Below, piece by piece: positions 13,870-26,406 of a stretch of DNA of 64,000 nucleotides. Location: assembly GCA_013265495.1 (NCBI GenBank), contig MU057632.1, positions 1,038,054 through 1,102,053 of the forward strand, given 5' to 3'. The translations under genes were made by a program, and so were the position numbers. The notes under the pieces were generated by a model. The model did not search any database. It worked only from the letters and a program-made list of their open reading frames with translations, and was not told the DNA's origin. The number at the start of each line of letters is the position of its first letter. Within the stretch, counting starts at the first letter, position 1. Origin of the DNA: Vicugna vicugna (Eukaryota).

Positions 13870-14080
13870 GTACTTCATACACAATTCTCTCATGTACTTT
13901 ACTTCATTTTGTCCTCAAGAAGTAATAACAAGATAACAAGAAGTAATTTTCGTCCTACATTTCAGATGAGAAAACTAATATTTAGGAAGTTAAAACCCCT
14001 GGGCCAATGTCATCCAGCAGATAAGCAACAGGACAAGGGCTAAAAATACATCGTTGGAGCCCTTCAAGCTAGAATTTACC
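13870..14080 (-). mobile_element. MIR SINE
   Basis: 'cctacatttcagatgagaaaactaatatttaggaagttaaa...gccaatgtcatccagc'. Confidence 0.6.
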
Positions 14081-14442
14081 CACTATTCCCTGAAGCATTG
14101 CAAAATCCTTCTCCATGCTAACAATGTAGATTATCTGCGTACCTTGAGTCCATCATATACTATGAATCTGAATCCAGATAATCTGAACTCTAGACCTACA
14201 TCTGCACCTTCCCTGCTGAGTAACCCTGGGGTAAGTCACCCCCAGGTTCATGTTTCATTTGCCACATGCAGGTCACACCCGCACATCTTCAGAACTCAGT
14301 TGTTGCTCGCATCACGTGGCTTGATGCAAAGCTGACATTAAATGAACTCAACTGAAGGTTTGCTGGGCCTTCAACAACCTTAGTTTTCTCAGGACATCTT
14401 TTTAAAAAGTAATTGTCCCTGTTTGGGACAAATATCATTTAC

Positions 14443-14495
14443 CCCAAGAAAGCTGAAGGGATGAAGACCACCCAGCTGGACATCTGGAGCTGGCC
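14443..14495 (-). other. Candidate 53-nt exon
   Basis: Acceptor 'gtttacctttattttag|' and donor 'tggg|gtaaat' around a GC-richer body in unique sequence. Confidence 0.3.
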
Positions 14496-15879
14496 CTAAA
14501 ATAAAGGTAAACATGACCTTTAGGCTTCCTGATAGAATCAGTAGGGTAATAAAGAATAGGATTCAAGTCAGATGCTCTGCACAAGAGAGGAATAAAGTTG
14601 CATTTAGCTAAAACATTCTCTACTCGCAGGAACAAAAGGCACGGACAGTACACAAGGGACAAGGTCTTCCAAGATCAGGCTCACCAACTTAGGAACCACT
14701 CATAGCATCATTAAAAGGGGACCTAGTTCAGTGATCAAGGGATAATTGGTGAACATGATTAATGACTAGTAAAGTTCCACAAAACATAACTGCTATACAC
14801 AAAACTACCACCGCTCTACTCTAACAGGACTAAACTCTTTCAGTACCTGAGAAGTTGAAGAAGGCATCTTCTCCTCTAGAGTACTCAGAGGTAAACACAA
14901 TATTGTCTTAAAATAGTTACAGCAGAAAGAAGAGCTTTGTAAGACTTTTGTAAACTGGCACAGAATGACTTGCATAAACCAGCAAATCATACAAAAAAAA
15001 ATGTAGAAAAGCTACAGAAAAAAATTCTCTCACTTTCTAATTATAACCATGAATGGAAACACCAGTGTTCCTAGTACTCCCTATTTGCAAGTTACTGGCT
15101 GTACTGACTTTATACTAAAAGACAAAAACATTTTTTTTTTGGAGTTGACATTTTTTTCTATCATCACCTGCTTAATATGATCTGTACTACAAGTGGGGCT
15201 AGAACTACAGACTATGACACTGAACACCTCTTGTAGTATAAGGAAAAAAATCTGAACTTAGCAAGAAAATAAAACGCATCACATTTTGATGTAAATATCT
15301 GGCTAGAAATAGTACAGAGAAGGCAGCTTGTCTCTGATTAATCCTTTCATTCATAATAAGATATATACTTAAAAGATCCTTTGCTTTTGAAAATATGTTC
15401 CCTTTCTTCTTGGCTAAATTTTACTCTAAAAAATGAGATACCTTTCAAAAAAGGAGCATATTTTACAAGCAGTATATATTTTAAAATAGTCATTTCCTCA
15501 AGTGTATCTAAACACCTACAACATGAGTAATTCTTCTAGACCAACAAAACATCAGAGTGAAAACAATCACAAAAAAACAAATTTATTTAAAATGGTCAAG
15601 TCTGATCATGCTTCAAATTTTACTCAATTTTACTTTTCATCATTTTTTACCTTCAAAATTTGAAGTTCTTATTGAAATTCACTTAAAGGAATACAAATGA
15701 AATTTCTAAATTTTTCACTTATGTATGCCATTGAAGATATGTTTGTGTTCATAACAGGATGCTTAAGACTATGAGAAAATACGTTCCTAGACATTATGTG
15801 TTCAGTGAACAGAGGACCTATCAGGCATATCAGAGATTACACACATGGCTTGGAGCCCCCTCCCTCCAGTACACACAAG

Positions 15880-16628
15880 AAATTCCTTTTATCTTTCATT
15901 GCTTCCAAAATTCATTAAATTCCACTAAACCTCACTAAATTCCACTTGCTGCATATCTGTTGCCACCAGCAGAGTCCAAACCACCGTTACGTTTTGCCAG
16001 AACCACCACAACTGCCTCCTAAAAGTTCCTGTATCATCTTCCCACCCACTGGCCACACTACATTGGATCGTGACTCTCCCTTCTTTGAACAGCATCAAGC
16101 GCTTCTCTATAGTCTTACGTTAAAATGAAAAGATCTGGGAGGTCTTTGTTCCTCTAAGATGAAACCCTTGCTTACTCATCAGCCTCCTCCATTGTCCTTC
16201 TCCACTTCCTCCTCACCTTTCTCTGCCTTTCTTTCGGTTCCCCGAGCATGCCACAATGGTTTCCATGTCCGGTCCACTGCACATAGCATCCTCTTTGCCT
16301 GGAATTCCCTTCCGCTGGCTCTTCACAAGACTGACTTCTCATCTTTCAATCTCTCCTTAAATATCGGCTCCTCTCAGAGCCTTCCTGGAGCACGCTCTAT
16401 AAACAGCTTCCCCTGTGTGGTCTCTGTCTCTGCACTCAGTTCAGGTTCTGGTGAAAAGGGAGAGTTTTGTCATCTATGTGAGTTTGTCATTTAGATCTTC
16501 TCCCACACGCTGAAGTTCTACAAGGACAAGGACTCTGCTTGGTTCATCACCACGTCCATTGCCTGGGATCGGACTCTGCACACAGTAGGTACAGACTAAA
16601 TAAATATCTACTGAAGGGAGAATGAATA
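15880..16628 (+). mobile_element. LINE-2 3' region
   Basis: 'ctctttgcctggaattcccttcc', 'cacacagtaggtacagactaaataaatatctactgaagggagaatgaat' (L2 terminus). Confidence 0.7.
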
Positions 16629-17050
16629 GCTCAGCTCACTGCAGAGGAAGCAGTGCTCTGCTCCCCACCATGCACCAGTTGAAGAAGTTCACATCCCCTT
16701 TCCTTAACGCTACCTTCTCATCCAAAGCTGATCTAACAGGTTTCCCCCGAAGAAGTAGAACACAGCTGTGCTGAGATCAGAACTCAAGAGAATTTGGAAA
16801 AGACTGAGTAAGAAATCTGCAGAACTTCAGGAGCGAAGAACACCACTAGGCTTAGGAGGAGCAGAGGGACGAGAACAGAAAAATACAGGGAAAAGCAGCC
16901 CAGTATCCAGAGGGTCTCTCCCAGGTTACTGAGAGGAATGATTGTATTCATGATGGAGATGTGTCTGAGGTGGTGACAGTCTGCCAATGAACTGCCCAAA
17001 TTTCTGTGTTATCCATGGAACTTCTGCCACCCACTATTACAGCAAGACAT

Positions 17051-17193
17051 ATTAGCACATAGGGTTCTGGGTATTAGTACATAGAGTTCTGGGCTTAGTA
17101 CATACTGCTCCGGGTATTGGCACATAGAGATCTGAGTATTAGTACATGGAGCTCTTGGCATCAATACACAGAGCTCTAAGCATTAGTACATAG
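17051..17193 (+). repeat. Degenerate 22-bp minisatellite, ~6.5 copies, consensus ATTAGTACATAGAGYTCTGGGY
   Basis: Units start at 17051, 17073, 17095, 17116, 17138, 17160 and 17182, head to tail with no spacers. Confidence 0.85.
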
Positions 17194-18226
17194 TATATAC
17201 ATAGTATAATGTATTAGTACATTAGCATATACAACCTAACGGTCACATGTGGTTTGCAGAGCTTAAAGGCACAGTGACACAAGACAAGGGCTTCTATTCA
17301 ACTGTTTACAGCTTCAAAGACACACTTTTGTTTAATTTGTTACCTAGTGCAACATGTAATTTTGCTGTTAGATATATGACTTTAAATGAAAATCCATATT
17401 TTCAAGTGTAAAGATATATGTATATTTCCCATAATGCTATGAGAAACGTGAATATATTGATATATAATTTTCTCAGTAATATTTTTGGTTCTCAAGGTTG
17501 ACTATTTTAAAATTAGGTTAAATATAAGCTATCACATTTCCATGATTAAATTCATTCTAGTCCCATACATGCTGGTCCTCAGAAATCCCTGTGTTATAAT
17601 TAAATCTGAACAAAGATTGTTGTTGCTGAAAAACCCGTGCCCTTGAGATCTGAAAAAGTACGTCTATTAAAAGAAAAATTTGGATGCAGCCTCCCTGTCA
17701 ATTTAAGGCTGACTCATCTGAAGCTGTGAAGAAGGGGAGAAGAAGAGTGTGTGTGACACATGTGCCCATGTCAAAGCCTCAATGCAGATGGTACCCAGCG
17801 ATCCAGTCCAGGATGTGAATGACCACTGCACAGAAAGACCACTTCTGGAAAAGAGGAAGTAGACAAGACAGAGACAGAATGGCCTAGTAAAATCCTGACA
17901 CTAAATACTTTGAATTTTTATCTAGAACCTCAATTCATTTTTTGTTCAATGAATGAAACTGATAATTCATTACAGGACTTAAAAACACCTACCTAACAAG
18001 AGAAAAATAAGTAAAAATAATCAGTATATTAAAACCCATTTCTCAGTTTTTGCAAAGGTAATCAGAGAAACTCAAACCAAATAATCTCAATGGTATTAAA
18101 GAACTTGTATTCACAAGGTCTTTTAGATACTTTCTTTCTGATTGGTTTTTACATTGAACCCAGACTCTGATGTTACACTGGTCATTTTTATATGATGAAG
18201 TTAGTCCTACACATATATGTGTGCAG

Positions 18227-18227
<1 letters not shown>

Positions 18228-18270
<43 letters not shown>

Positions 18271-18271
18271 A
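18228..18271 (+). repeat. (CA)n microsatellite
   Basis: Directly visible CA run of about 20 units. Confidence 0.95.
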
Positions 18272-19000
18272 GACATGGTCAAGTTTATTTTCTGGGAATT
18301 AGAAATCAACAGTAGCAATAACCCCAATCATGAATGGTTCAAGAGTTATAGAGAACTGACTTCTGAATATCAGTTTTTCTGAAGGTGTGAGGATTTCACA
18401 TGATACTTTCATCTGATACATTTGCCTAAACACACATATACGTTCATACAGAACCATTTAAATGGTCAAAAAAGACAGAAATTAATAAATAATAAAAAAA
18501 AAACTTACTACAAAGGAAAGCTAATGGTTCCACTGGTGAATTATACCAAACACCTGAAGAAAAATTTACAGTAATCTTTCATAAACTCTTCCTAAATAAA
18601 ATAGCAGGGAATACCTCCAAATTCATTACATAAGGCCAGTATTACCCTGATACCAAAATCAGACAAAGACATCACAGGAAAACCACAGGCCAATATCCCT
18701 TCTAAGTACATACACAAAAATCATCAAAAATATTAGCAAATCAAAGAAGCAACAAATCAAACAGATAACCAAGTAGGATTTATCCCAGGAACACAAGACT
18801 GTTTCAACATATGAAGATCAATCAAAGCAATACACTAAATTATTAGAATAAAGGACAATAAACACATTATCATCGCAATAGATGTAGAAAAAGCATTTGA
18901 TAAAATCCAACATCCTTTCATTATATGAACACTCAGTATCCTAGAAGTAGAAGGAAATTTCCTAAACCGGATGAAGAACATCTATTAAAACCACACAACT

Positions 19001-19252
19001 ATAAATTGAGAGTACGAGATTTGCAGATACTAACTACTACATATAAAATAAACAGCAGGTTTCTACTGTATAGCACAGAGAACTCTATTCGATATCTTGT
19101 AGTAAAAATAATGAAAAAGATTACAAAAATGAATATATGTATGTATATGTATAACTGAAACATTATGCTGTACACCAGAAATGGACAAAGTATATTGTAC
19201 ACTGACTATACTTTAATAAAAAATAAATAAAATAGCAGTTAAAAATAAAACT
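19001..19252 (+). mobile_element. Young L1 3' UTR fragment nested in the older L1
   Basis: Same 3' UTR as 2148-2695, with an A-rich tail and imperfect TSD 'aaaccacacaact' (18988-19000) / 'aaaccctcacaact' (19253-19266). The host ORF2 resumes afterwards. Confidence 0.85.
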
Positions 19253-19396
19253 AAACCCTCACAACTTTTATCATATTTAATGGGGAGAGATTGAAGGTTT
19301 TCCCTCTAGTATCAGAAGCAAGACAAGTATGTGTAGAATCATCACTTTTTGACAACTGGAGATCCACATGCAAAAGGATGAAAGTGGATCCCTCCC

Positions 19397-19454
19397 GAAT
19401 TTGACACAACATTGTAAAATGATTATAAATCAATAAAAAATGTTAAAAAAATAA
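19397..19454 (+). mobile_element. 58-bp extreme 3' L1 tail with perfect 17-bp TSD
   Basis: 'gaaagtggatccctccc' at 19380-19396 and 19455-19471 flanks 'gaatttgacacaacattgtaaaatgattataaatcaataaaaaatgttaaaaaaataa'. Confidence 0.88.
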
Positions 19455-20855
19455 GAAAGTGGATCCCTCCCTCACACCGTATAAAAAAAGTAACTGAAAA
19501 TGGATCAAAGACCTACACATAAGAACTAAAATTATAAAACTCTTAGAAGAAAACCTAGGGTAAATCTTTATGACCCTAAATTTGATAATAATTTCTTAGA
19601 TATGACACCAAAACTTACAAGTAACCAAAGGAAAATAGATCTATTTGACTTCATCAAAATTAAAAACTTGTGCTTCAAGGTACTATAAAGAAAATAAAAA
19701 GACAACTCACTAAATGGGAGAAAATATTTGCGAATCATGTATTTGACAAGTATGTAGTATATTATATACCATTATATATTAAAAAAAACTTTTACACCTC
19801 AACAATAAAGACAAATAACTCAATTAAAAATAGACAGAAGATTTGATTGATATTTCTCCAAAGAAGAGATATTAAGAGCCATTGAACACATGAAAAAATG
19901 CTAAACATCATTATTCATTATGGAAATACAAGTCAAAACCACAAAAAGATAATCATCCATACACTTCACACCTACAAAGATGGCTATTAACAAGAGACTG
20001 ACAATCACAAGTGTTGGCAAGGATGTAAAGAAATTAGAATCCTTGTATGTTGCTGGTAGAAATGCAAAATGGTCCAGCTGTTTTGAAACACAGCTTGACA
20101 GTTCCTAGACAATGTAAACATACAGTTACCAAATGACCCAGCAATTTAATTCCTAGCTTTATTTTCAGTTTACTCAAGAGAACTGAGAACATATGTCCAC
20201 TCAAAAATTTGTAGATCAATGTTAAAAGCCATTTTATACAGCATAAAAATTGGAAACAATCCAAATGTGCATTAGCTGATGGATAAACCAAGAAGTGGTA
20301 TATGCATACAATGGAATTGTATTTGGCAACAAAAGGAATGAAGTCCTGATATGTACTGTAACATGGATGAATCTTGAAAATATTATGCTAAGTGATAAAA
20401 ACCAGCCATAAACAATCACATATTATATGATTCCATTTACAAGAAATGTCCAGAATAAGTAAATCCATAGAGACAGAGAATAAGTTAGTGGTTTCTAGAA
20501 GCTGGGTTTTGAAGGGAATAAAGAATGACTGCTAATGAATCTTAGGTTTCTTTTGGGGGTGATCAAAGCATTCCAGAATTATATAGTGGTAGTAGTTGCA
20601 CAATTCTGTAAAAACTAATTTTTACACTTTGTAAAGGTGAATTGCAAACATGGTGTGTTTTTTTCCCTTAAATTTGAAATGCAAGCAATCACACACACAC
20701 ACTGAATTGAGCTATGATCTCTGTACCTCTCTGGATTCAGTGTATTCCTGATAATGTCACCTTCCACAGTAATATAAACATATTTTGTCTAAATATAATT
20801 TTTCATTGGCTACATATTCTTTTTCTGAAGTTTTACTTTCATACTCCAATTCCAA

Positions 20856-20960
20856 TGTGACCAACCATCCCAAGTTTTCCCAGCCCCGGGGGTGGTTTCC
20901 CAAGATATGGGATTTTCAGTATGAAAACATAGGAAGTTCCAAGAAAACTTGGTTCTTGCC
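20856..20960. mobile_element. MER81/MER94-like hAT-Blackjack MITE remnant
   Basis: 'gtgaccaaccatcccaagttttccca...tttcccaagatatgggattttcagtatgaaaac'. Confidence 0.55.
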
Positions 20961-22070
20961 TAATTTTGTACAGTTTACTTAACTCCTCTTCTCTTTGTTG
21001 AAGTCCTGACGATATTCTCTGTGCTGCCTTTTACACTCTTTCCTGCCAATGTGACACCTTCTCCCTGTGCTATTCCATTTGCGCTAATGGTTTTATTATG
21101 AAGCAGTTGCTCAAAATTAGTAAATCTCATCTAAGTCTCTCCTGAGGTTGAGACATGCATAGCCAACTGTCTTCTGGCTGTTTCAGTCAGAGATATCTTT
21201 GGCCATTAATACCTAAGTCGCATGCTAAATCAAAACTGGGTTTAGTGCCCAAATTAACTCTCTTGATATTAGCACATCCATTCAATCTCTTGAGCTAAAA
21301 GTGAGTTATCTCCTCTCGTCTTTGCTTTATCATCACATCTAATGACTCACCATACTCTAATTACAGCACCTGGGAAACTTCTCAGACCTGCCCTACCGCC
21401 TGCCTCTCATGCTTGGTCTCACTAACATCTGTGACTGACACTGATGAGTAGACCAATGTTTCTCCTACTTTTTAAATCCACGATCACTTTGAGAAACTCA
21501 AAAACCACATAATGTTAGGTCAACTTTCAAAACACAGTATTAAAATTGAAACCAAAGACAAGGCGTGATGTACAGCTTATGTTCTCCACATTAGACAGTG
21601 TCTTATTCCATAGACAGTCCAAAGCAGCACCTCCTGAATCCCTCCTTTCTCTCTGTCTCTCTCTCACACACACACCATACCCACATCCACGAACTATCAC
21701 CCACGCACACCACCGCACAGCACACAGGCACGCACATGCACACTCGCGGGCTCCAGCAGTGAGGACGTGTTCTAAGTTACCCCAGCCCAGCCTGATTGTT
21801 TGGGGGTTGGGGCAACTGTTCTTTCCTCCTGGAAGACTGTATTCCAAACTTGCTACCTCCTGAACTAGTCATCCTTCAGAATTCATATTCACCGTTGGGG
21901 GCTCTGAAAATCCTTCTCTGAACACATCAGCCCCAAGGAGGATAGATCATTTTCTCTGTTTTAACCTACTTCTAATGTTGCACTTATCACAGAGTAGCAT
22001 CATTTACCTGGCTGTGTAACGGATGCCCCCAGCATGAGAGGGAACTCTAGCTCACTTATCTATGCATCTT

Positions 22071-22154
22071 TATTTCCTTCTTTTTTTTTTTTCTGAGAAC
22101 AAAAGTTCTCTTTTATTTATTTATTTTTATTGAAGTATAGTCAGTTTATAATGT
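22071..22154 (-). mobile_element. Very short L1 3' tail insertion
   Basis: Poly-T plus 'ttattgaagtatagtcagtttataatgt', flanked by 'tgcatctt' at 22063-22070 and 22155-22162. Confidence 0.7.
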
Positions 22155-22499
22155 TGCATCTTATATCTCCTTATAACTGAAAAATAGGGGTCATCAGACT
22201 CAACTTACTAAACTCCACTCATATTTCTGATACATGTATTACTTGGATTAAGTGATGACAACTTATGCAGGAAGCTTAAAATAGGACTCAGGGGCATTTT
22301 AATAATAACTGAAAAAAGAATCTTTGGGTAGTTTCTATGCACAGTTATCGAAAGTATAAAGTATATTGACATGTGCATCCATCAGTCTAGGCTTGTGAAA
22401 TAGAATGTACCAAGTAACACAAATACAGGTACCAAACTTAGTATCTCCTTGCTAGTAATCAATCTTTCTTTTCCTACTCAGCCAAGCACTTTAAAAAAG

Positions 22500-23370
22500 T
22501 GATGTACAAGCAGTATCTCCTTTTCCTAACTTCTCATTTTCTCCTCATACCTACAGAAATGGAGTATTTCCATCCACTTATACATTAAAACTGTGATGGT
22601 AGATGCCAGCAATGCCCTCTCTATGGCCAGATCCAAAGGACATATTTTATCTCTTAAGTTATTGACTTTTGGCTGCTGTTGGGCATTCCCCGTGGGTCTC
22701 CCTACCACCTTGGCTTCCGGTTCTCCTGCTTCTTTATCCATCATTTCTTACCTGTGTCGGGGATCCTCTTCCTTTACCCACTCCTTAAGCCTCGGTCTTA
22801 CCTGGGACTCTCTGTTGTTTCCTAACTCTATTCCCTTCAGTGATGTTGTCCACTTCCCCAGGTAACTGAGTGCCTCAGCTTCATATACCCAACCATTTCT
22901 CGGACATATACCCTCAGATAAAGCACAGGTACCACAAAATCATTATATTGAAATTTGAATGCTTTACTGCCCCCCCAACACTTAGGGCTGATTCGCTTGT
23001 TCAATTCTGCATCTCACTTGGTGGTCTGCCATCACCCAGACCACTGATATAACAGTCCACCTAAACTCTTCCCTTAAAAAAAAACCAAGTTCAGTTGACA
23101 ACGAAGCACCACCTGTCAGGCTTGCTTCATTCTAAGTTTGAACTGTTTCCTTTCTAGACCCTCTGCTACTCCAGTAGGTCAAGACCTTGTCATCTTTCTC
23201 TGGACTATTATCACAGTCTATTAACTGATTTGCTTGTCTCTAGTTTTGCCCATATCACATTCATATTCCATTATCCTGACTTCTGCCAAAGTAATACGTA
23301 TCTTATATAGGCATACATGCACATATCATGCAAATACGACTAAGCCACTCTCCAAATCAAAATCCATTAG
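22500..23370 (+). mobile_element. LINE-2 remnant
   Basis: 'ccaccttggcttccggttctcctgcttc', 'gaccttgtcatctttctctggactattatcacagtctattaactgattt'. Confidence 0.6.
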
Positions 23371-24614
23371 TGCATCCTTGTATCCGTGTAGTGTTTATTA
23401 AATTTTATATTTTGGTCCAGTTATCACATACGGAAATCTAAACCCATCCTACAGTATTAACCAGGGATGCATATTTACTTTTCTCTTCTATTTAAAATAG
23501 AAAAACAACACCGCCTCCCCCCACAAAAAACTAACTTTTTATTGATTTTCAGACCTACCGGTAGGTTGTAACTCACAACTTTGAAAACACTGACCTACAG
23601 GCTACAGCCCACCTTAATACCCTCCCACCAACTTACTGTTGCTCTTTTCAAATCAACCTAGAAAGGCATTTTTATGGATATGGAGAGCTCAGTTTATGGA
23701 CATCACTTTCTAGAGAGAATCAGCAGAAATGAGGAATGAACTGCAAACTTTAAATTCTTCACACCACCTGAAGAGAAGTTCACTATTTAATTAGAAAAGC
23801 ACAGAGTCAGCAAAGTGACTGTCAGACAGGAGGATCCAAAGAGATGACAGTTGCTTCTTCTCAGCCGCTAAACTCAGAGGGGCCACCAGAAAGGTTCCTC
23901 AAGGTGCAAGGTAAGTTACAGCACATTTCCAAAACCATGAGTCCATGGAAAGCAAAGACAAAAGCAGAAAAAAATGATCTGGAGTCTTACTGGCAAGGAT
24001 GCCAATTGCTGCTTCATATCTAATAACTCTAATCTTCAGTGGACATTGGAATGAGTGGGAACAATTAAAACGGAACGTCAACATGCAGAGTATAATGCAT
24101 CTTAAAAATCAATGTTAATTAATCAAAGAACCTTCTCCAAAGTTGCTCGAATCCTAATATAAGTAAAATGTTTTCTAATGCCTAGAACATAAGATGGAAA
24201 GAGGGGGACTCACAAGTTTTCCATGAGTTGTTAAGAAAAGTTCCACCATTAGGAAAATGACTTTACACTTAAAACATTTATAAAAAAAAAGGCAGCGTCA
24301 TTAAGAGTACTTCTTCCAACTTAGTACTTTACTCAGTGTAAGTGTGAATCATTTTCACTATGGTTAAATCAAAATTATTTATATTCCTTGAAAAGTACTG
24401 ATTAAATGGAGATGACATTCAAGCATATGTACTGAGATAAAATCTATAACCTATCAATTTTATATCCTGAAACATAAATAACTTTAAATTATTTGTGACT
24501 GCAATATACAAAATATAAGAATTTAAATGTTTTATGTAATTTCAGCCTTTGTCAATGTGAATAAAAACTTGACATAGCAAAAGAATTACAAAAAATGTGC
24601 TTTTCTTGGCACAG

Positions 24615-25002
24615 CGTTTTGAAAATTTCATTACTTTATTTTGGTGTTACTTCAAAGAATTCTCAGATAGCTAAAGAAATCTACAGGATATCACTTTTAA
24701 GACCTGTTCCTTCAATGGTTTTTGCTAAAAATCTTGGAAGGAGGCATTTCCCCAGTAGTAACTACTTGGCTGTCACGGTTATGCTAAGAGTATTGCCACT
24801 GCTGAGGTATTTTAAGGAAATGTTTAATCTTTCTCACCAGGAGCATAATTCTATTCAGAAGACTGAATATATCTTGCCACTCTGAATAACCTTAAAACTC
24901 TACATTTTATCTATCAAAATCCACTTTTGCAACTCAGAGTTTACTTATTTGGTTTCTTCTCCATGTCCTGCTTGGATTGGCCATGTAACTCCACACTAGG
25001 AT
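24615..25002 (-). other. Candidate last exon (or 58-nt internal exon 24945-25002) of the minus-strand gene model; in-frame stop at 24996-24998
   Basis: Acceptor 'tttttatttttgtaaccttgactgtag|'. There is a possible donor 'ataa|gtaaac' at 24944 and a minus-strand AATAAA at 24635-24640. Confidence 0.45.
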
Positions 25003-25489
25003 CTACAGTCAAGGTTACAAAAATAAAAATAACACTGATAGGAAACCCCTCCTTTAGACTGTCTGTTACCTTTAAATAACATAGTGGGAGGGCAGATGAT
25101 AAACTACTCATCACTTCCATTATTTGCAAGCTCCTCCCCTCTCTGTATCTTGCATCCTCACTTTTCCAGAATCTGAGGTTCCAGCCCACATACATTCTAA
25201 ATCCGAAAGGTATGGAATTTCTGGCACCCTAGTTCCCTGAAAAATGTGCCCATTTCCTCTAACTAGTTTCATCTTTCCAACATGGCACCAGAAACATCAC
25301 TGAATAAAGATACTGACTACCCAAAGCTCAGGACAATTTAATCTAATTCAATAGTAACCTTTTAATCACCCCATACACCAGAGAAGCCCAAGTTTCTAGT
25401 CTCACATGCAGTGTGAATGAATAAATCTGTAACCAGCGATCTGGGTAAGAGACGACATTTTCAGTCAATAAAACCAATGCCATACTCAC

Positions 25490-25570
25490 GGTGGAGGTTG
25501 ATGGGGCTGGTGTTCAGCATTTCTTGGGGTTTTGCAGGCAGCAGGCTTCACCATGTCCCTGACCACACAC
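25490..25570 (-). CDS. Putative coding exon C (81 nt, phase 2-2): CVVRDMVKPAACKTPRNAEHQPHQPP
   Basis: Acceptor 'gtctatcatgcgtcccag|' and strong donor 'acc|gtgagt'. Length is divisible by 3 and it is in frame with exon B. Confidence 0.55.
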
Positions 25571-25695
25571 CTGGGACGCATGATAGACAGCACAATGCAC
25601 TATTAATTATAAAATGGGTAGAAACAGCTGGAAATTAAACACGGTACTGAAAACAAGTCTAAGGGGAAATCTCTGCAAGTCCCATTAATCTTAAC

Positions 25696-25887
25696 CTGGG
25701 GACCCTGGAAAAGCCCTTCCAGTTGGAAATCTTCGACTCAGGTGTCCAAGGGCTCAATGATACCCACACGAAATCCGTGCTAGCCTCGGGACTGGATTTC
25801 CCTTTGAGTGCCAACAAAATGATTGTCAGCAGCTTTCCCCATAGAAGCAACACCGCAGAAAGCTTTGGCTTCATTCTATGAAGACAT
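25696..25887 (-). CDS. Putative coding exon B (192 nt, phase 2-2): CLHRMKPKLSAVLLLWGKLLTIILLALKGK...KGFSRVP
   Basis: Acceptor 'ttcttatttttaagcttgcag|' and donor 'cag|gttaag'. Only the phase-2 frame is open, the length is divisible by 3, and it encodes a hydrophobic stretch. Confidence 0.5.
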
Positions 25888-26406
25888 CTGCAAGCTTAAA
25901 AATAAGAACTGCTGTTGGGCTGGGATGGTAAAAGACGGGCAGGATTTTCCATGATTGTGGCTATTTTACTAAAGGATGTGGACTCTTGTTTCATCACCAC
26001 ACAGGTCTTTCTCTTTGTGCAAAAAGAGATCTGAGAGACCTCAAGACATCCCCCATGTTCAAAATCCCCTTCAAGCTAAGAAAAGAGGAAGAGTTAGAAG
26101 AAAATATTCACATACAGAGTATGTGTGTGTATGTGTATGTACACATAAAACAGAGAAGAGCCCTGCACAGTGTGAAAATAATCAGTGAAAGGTCTTTGTG
26201 TCTTAAGTCCTCCAGCACAGGACAAATAAATGCAGAGGGCGGACCATAGCTCCAGAGGGCAGCAGGAGGAGATTCTCTTAGCCTCATGTCAACAGGGCTT
26301 ACAGAGTGTCGGAGAGATTAACTGGCACAAACCATAAAACACCACCATCTGAGGCTGTCCTTAGATGGCTCAGATTTTCTTTCACCTCAAGAGCTTTAAA
26401 ACATAC

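Larger units (their letters stand above)
18500..20645 (+). mobile_element. Old LINE-1 (L1M-type; decayed ORF2 RT region to 3' UTR) with two nested younger L1 fragments
   Basis: 'aaggccagtattaccctgataccaaaatcagacaaagac', 'gatgtagaaaaagcatttgataaaatccaacatcctttcat' (ORF2 RT), and an older-type 3' UTR ('gagacagagaataagttagtggtttc...'). Confidence 0.9.

Noticed and set aside
17051..17193. CRISPR-like array
   Set aside because: The context is eukaryotic, the units are contiguous and homologous along their whole length, and there are no unique spacers or cas genes.
18500..20645. Functional L1 ORF2 / reverse transcriptase
   Set aside because: It has multiple stops, deletions and two nested insertions, and no long ORF remains.
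23865..23910. 46-nt plus-strand exon (cttctcag|...caag|gtaagt); similar case at 36391-36449
   Set aside because: These are splice-like signals only, with no consistent plus-strand exon chain. Such pseudo-exons are frequent by chance.
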